This document shows, in pieces, positions 59,230 through 64,000 of a stretch of 64,000 nucleotides of DNA; within the stretch, counting starts at the first letter, position 1, and each line of letters starts with the position of its first letter. Location: NCBI GenBank assembly GCA_000146045.2, contig BK006938.2, positions 1,184,001-1,248,000 on the forward strand, written 5' to 3'. The notes below the pieces were generated by a model. The model did no database searches. It worked only from the letters and a program-made list of their open reading frames with translations, and was not told where the DNA came from. A program made the position numbers and the translations under genes. Origin of the DNA: TPA_inf: Saccharomyces. Lineage: Eukaryota.

Positions 59230-61758
59230 ATGGTTGCTTTCACTGTTGACCAAATGCGTTCTTTAATGGACAAAGTTACCAATGTGCGTAACATGTCCGT
59301 TATTGCTCACGTCGATCATGGTAAGTCCACTTTGACCGATTCCTTGGTCCAAAGAGCCGGTATTATTTCCGCTGCTAAGGCTGGTGAAGCTCGTTTCACC
59401 GATACCAGAAAGGATGAACAAGAAAGAGGTATCACTATCAAGTCTACCGCTATTTCTCTATACTCTGAAATGTCTGACGAAGATGTCAAGGAAATCAAGC
59501 AAAAGACCGACGGTAACTCCTTCTTGATCAACTTGATCGACTCTCCAGGTCACGTTGACTTCTCCTCTGAAGTTACTGCCGCTTTACGTGTCACTGACGG
59601 TGCTTTGGTTGTCGTCGACACCATTGAAGGTGTCTGTGTCCAAACCGAAACTGTTTTGAGACAAGCTTTGGGTGAGAGAATCAAGCCTGTTGTTGTTATC
59701 AACAAGGTCGACAGAGCTTTGTTGGAATTGCAAGTTTCTAAGGAAGATTTATACCAAACCTTTGCCAGAACTGTTGAATCCGTTAACGTCATCGTTTCCA
59801 CCTACGCCGATGAAGTTTTGGGTGATGTCCAAGTTTACCCAGCCAGAGGTACCGTTGCCTTCGGTTCCGGTTTGCACGGTTGGGCTTTCACTATCCGTCA
59901 ATTCGCCACCAGATATGCTAAGAAATTCGGTGTCGACAAGGCCAAGATGATGGACAGATTATGGGGTGACTCTTTCTTCAACCCAAAGACCAAGAAGTGG
60001 ACCAACAAGGACACTGATGCTGAAGGTAAGCCATTGGAAAGAGCTTTCAACATGTTCATCTTGGACCCAATCTTCAGATTATTCACTGCTATCATGAACT
60101 TCAAGAAAGATGAAATTCCAGTTTTGCTAGAAAAGTTGGAAATTGTCTTGAAGGGTGACGAAAAGGACTTGGAAGGTAAGGCCTTGTTGAAGGTTGTTAT
60201 GAGAAAGTTCTTGCCAGCTGCCGATGCCTTATTGGAAATGATTGTCTTGCACTTGCCATCTCCAGTCACTGCTCAAGCCTACAGAGCTGAACAATTATAC
60301 GAAGGTCCAGCTGACGATGCCAACTGTATTGCTATCAAGAACTGTGATCCAAAGGCTGATTTGATGTTGTACGTCTCCAAGATGGTGCCAACCTCTGATA
60401 AGGGTAGATTCTACGCCTTCGGTAGAGTTTTTGCCGGTACTGTTAAGTCCGGTCAAAAGGTCAGAATCCAAGGTCCAAACTACGTTCCAGGTAAGAAGGA
60501 CGATTTGTTCATCAAGGCCATTCAAAGAGTTGTTTTGATGATGGGTAGATTTGTCGAACCAATCGATGACTGTCCAGCCGGTAACATTATCGGTTTAGTC
60601 GGTATCGATCAATTCTTGTTGAAGACTGGTACTTTGACCACCAGTGAAACTGCTCACAACATGAAGGTCATGAAATTCTCTGTCTCTCCAGTTGTGCAAG
60701 TCGCTGTCGAAGTCAAGAACGCTAACGACTTACCAAAATTGGTCGAAGGTTTGAAGAGATTGTCCAAGTCTGATCCATGTGTCTTGACCTATATGTCTGA
60801 ATCCGGTGAACATATCGTTGCTGGTACCGGTGAATTGCATTTGGAAATTTGTTTGCAAGATTTGGAACACGACCACGCTGGTGTTCCATTGAAGATCTCC
60901 CCACCAGTTGTCGCTTACAGAGAAACTGTTGAAAGTGAATCTTCTCAAACTGCTTTGTCCAAGTCTCCAAACAAGCATAACAGAATCTACTTGAAGGCTG
61001 AACCAATTGACGAAGAAGTCTCTTTGGCTATTGAAAACGGTATCATCAACCCAAGAGATGATTTCAAGGCCAGAGCTAGAATCATGGCTGACGACTACGG
61101 TTGGGATGTCACCGATGCCAGAAAGATCTGGTGTTTCGGTCCAGACGGTAACGGTCCAAACTTGGTTATTGACCAAACTAAGGCTGTCCAATACTTGCAC
61201 GAAATCAAGGATTCCGTTGTTGCTGCTTTCCAATGGGCTACCAAGGAAGGTCCAATTTTCGGTGAAGAAATGAGATCTGTCAGAGTTAACATTTTGGATG
61301 TTACTTTACATGCCGATGCTATCCACAGAGGTGGTGGTCAAATCATCCCAACCATGAGAAGAGCTACTTACGCTGGTTTCTTGTTGGCTGATCCAAAGAT
61401 CCAAGAACCAGTTTTCTTGGTCGAAATTCAATGTCCAGAACAAGCCGTCGGTGGTATCTACTCCGTCTTAAACAAGAAGAGAGGTCAAGTCGTTTCTGAA
61501 GAACAAAGACCAGGTACTCCATTGTTTACCGTCAAGGCCTACTTGCCAGTTAACGAATCTTTCGGTTTCACTGGTGAATTGAGACAAGCTACTGGTGGTC
61601 AAGCTTTCCCACAAATGGTTTTCGACCATTGGTCCACTTTAGGTTCTGACCCATTGGACCCAACCTCTAAGGCTGGTGAAATTGTTCTTGCTGCTCGTAA
61701 GAGACACGGTATGAAGGAAGAAGTTCCAGGCTGGCAAGAATATTACGACAAATTGTAA
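59230..61758 (+). CDS. EFT2: Translation elongation factor 2, 842 aa
   Basis: G-domain motifs ([21 protein letters not shown]) and the diphthamide-region [10 protein letters not shown] are present. Codon bias is extreme. The chrIV paralog of this gene is EFT2. Confidence 0.93.
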
Positions 61759-62083
61759 GAATGGTTAAACAATTTTTAATTATTTAACTTTTTCAGTTTT
61801 TGTCGTAATGTATTGGGCACCTTTTATGTCCTTTTGACTTTTTTGTAGTTTATTCTCACGTATACTTACCATCTATAGTGTTATTTCATATTTAATCATA
61901 TTTCCATATTAGATATCTGCCTTCCCCTGTATAATAGTTACTATGATTTATCTTGCTTTGCCTATTCGCGTCATCAACTTCTTTTCTTACCGATCGCGGT
62001 AATGCCCTTTAAGAGTGGCATCAACATTGGCGTAAACAAAGTTTCAAAGGATTGATACGAACACACATTCCTAGCATGAAAGC

Positions 62084-63982
62084 ATGGAACTCTCATCAAA
62101 CTTAAAAGACCTATATATTGAATGGTTACAAGAATTAGTTGACGGATTAACCCCTAAACAAGAACAACTCAAAATAGCCTATGAAAAAGCAAAAAGGAAT
62201 TTACAAAATGCTGAAGGTTCATTTTATTATCCTACAGATCTAAAGAAAGTTAAGGGAATTGGCAATACAATAATAAAGAGATTAGATACGAAATTACGGA
62301 ACTATTGCAAAATTCACCACATATCTCCCGTTGAGGCTCCTTCCTTAACTCAGACAAGTAGCACCAGACCACCAAAGAGGACTACTACAGCTTTGCGTAG
62401 CATAGTAAACTCATGCGAAAATGATAAGAATGAAGCTCCCGAAGAGAAGGGAACTAAAAAGAGAAAAACTAGGAAGTATATACCCAAAAAAAGATCTGGA
62501 GGCTACGCTATCCTTCTTTCCTTACTCGAGCTTAATGCCATTCCTCGAGGCGTTAGTAAAGAGCAAATCATCGAGGTTGCAGGAAAATACAGTGACCATT
62601 GTATGACTCCAAATTTCTCCACAAAAGAATTCTACGGTGCTTGGTCGTCTATTGCTGCACTTAAAAAACATTCGTTGGTTCTTGAGGAAGGTAGACCAAA
62701 ACGGTATTCGCTAACAGAGGAAGGTGTAGAACTAACAAAGAGCTTAAAGACGGCAGACGGAATCTCTTTTCCAAAAGAAAATGAAGAACCTAACGAGTAT
62801 TCCGTAACCAGGAATGAAAGTAGTGAATTCACAGCAAATCTGACTGACCTCCGTGGTGAATATGGTAAGGAAGAAGAGCCCTGCGATATAAATAACACTT
62901 CATTCATGCTGGATATAACTTTTCAAGATTTGAGCACGCCGCAAAGGCTGCAGAACAATGTATTTAAAAATGATAGACTGAATAGCCAAACTAATATATC
63001 TTCTCATAAATTGGAAGAGGTCTCTGATGATCAAACAGTACCTGATTCCGCATTAAAGGCTAAAAGCACAATAAAGAGGAGAAGGTACAACGGAGTAAGT
63101 TACGAATTGTGGTGTAGTGGTGATTTCGAAGTTTTCCCAATTATTGATCACAGAGAAATAAAGTCACAATCTGATCGTGAGTTTTTTTCAAGGGCATTTG
63201 AAAGAAAAGGTATGAAGTCAGAGATAAGGCAACTCGCTTTGGGTGATATTATATGGGTTGCCAAGAATAAAAATACCGGGTTGCAGTGTGTGCTCAACAC
63301 CATAGTTGAAAGAAAAAGGCTAGACGATTTAGCTTTAAGTATAAGGGATAACAGGTTTATGGAGCAAAAAAATAGGTTAGAGAAATCTGGCTGTGAACAC
63401 AAATACTATCTCATTGAGGAGACTATGAGTGGCAACATTGGAAATATGAATGAGGCCCTAAAGACCGCGCTTTGGGTCATTTTAGTGTATTACAAATTCT
63501 CCATGATAAGAACTTGCAATTCGGATGAAACTGTGGAAAAGATACATGCGTTGCATACTGTAATTTCTCATCACTATTCTCAAAAAGATCTCATAGTTAT
63601 ATTTCCAAGTGACCTTAAAAGCAAGGACGATTATAAAAAGGTGCTTCTACAGTTTCGTCGAGAATTCGAACGAAAAGGCGGTATTGAATGCTGTCATAAT
63701 CTTGAATGCTTTCAAGAACTAATGGGAAAAGGCGATCTAAAGACGGTTGGTGAGCTAACTATACATGTTTTAATGCTTGTTAAAGGTATATCTTTAGAAA
63801 AAGCAGTAGCCATCCAAGAAATATTTCCTACCCTGAATAAAATACTAATGGCATATAAAACGTGCTCCTCGGAAGAAGAGGCTAAATTGTTGATGTTTAA
63901 TGTACTGGGAGATGCACCTGGTGCGAAGAAAATTACTAAATCTCTTTCAGAAAAGATATATGATGCTTTTGGTAAACTTTAG
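62084..63982 (+). CDS. MUS81: Structure-specific endonuclease catalytic subunit (ERCC4/XPF family), 632 aa
   Basis: 632-aa ORF with the ERCC4 nuclease motif (...[16 protein letters not shown]...) and a C-terminal HhH region. Confidence 0.9.
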
Positions 63983-64000
63983 CAATTTGAAATATAGTCA

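Overview
Every long ORF in this window matches a known Saccharomyces cerevisiae protein, in the gene order of the chromosome IV right arm. Running left to right the genes are: the C-terminal end of TRR1, then TRP4, SPC110, CNL1, GGA1, EAF1, BCP1, TFC6, ESC2, tRNA-Lys(CUU), SEM1, CDC40, ESF1, a full-length Ty1 retrotransposon, KEI1, YPR1, XRS2, DXO1, CTS2, VPS74, FRQ1, PHO92, YDR374W-A/WIP1, BCS1, ARH1, ATP17, LSM6, RGA2, SDH6, ARO10, YRA1, YDR381C-A, RPP2B, NKP1, ATO3, EFT2 and MUS81. This is about 37 protein-coding genes, one Pol III tRNA gene and one complete LTR retrotransposon, in AT-rich yeast-type DNA. I do not see a foreign or novel multi-gene system.

The non-obvious content is regulatory and structural:
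- Three spliced genes with very short first exons or unusual introns (KEI1, YRA1, YDR381C-A).
- An intact Ty1 with its target-site duplication, primer-binding site, polypurine tract and +1 frameshift site, lying about 4.9 kb from the tRNA gene.
- A degenerate solo delta LTR just upstream of the tRNA gene.
- A TFIIIC B-box (ETC6-type site) in the TFC6 promoter.
- An Aro80 CCG-repeat array in the ARO10 promoter.
- Gcn4 sites upstream of TRP4 and ATO3.
- A perfect G4-forming cluster of four AGGGG (STRE) motifs inside an unusual GC-rich island between ATO3 and EFT2.
- An A12 homopolymer inside the SEM1 coding region.
- Several microsatellite and inverted-repeat structures between convergent genes.

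Gene names come from recognising the translated products; coordinates of true starts and splice junctions were worked out by hand from the sequence. Most overlapping or antisense small ORFs in the supplied track are judged to be artefacts.
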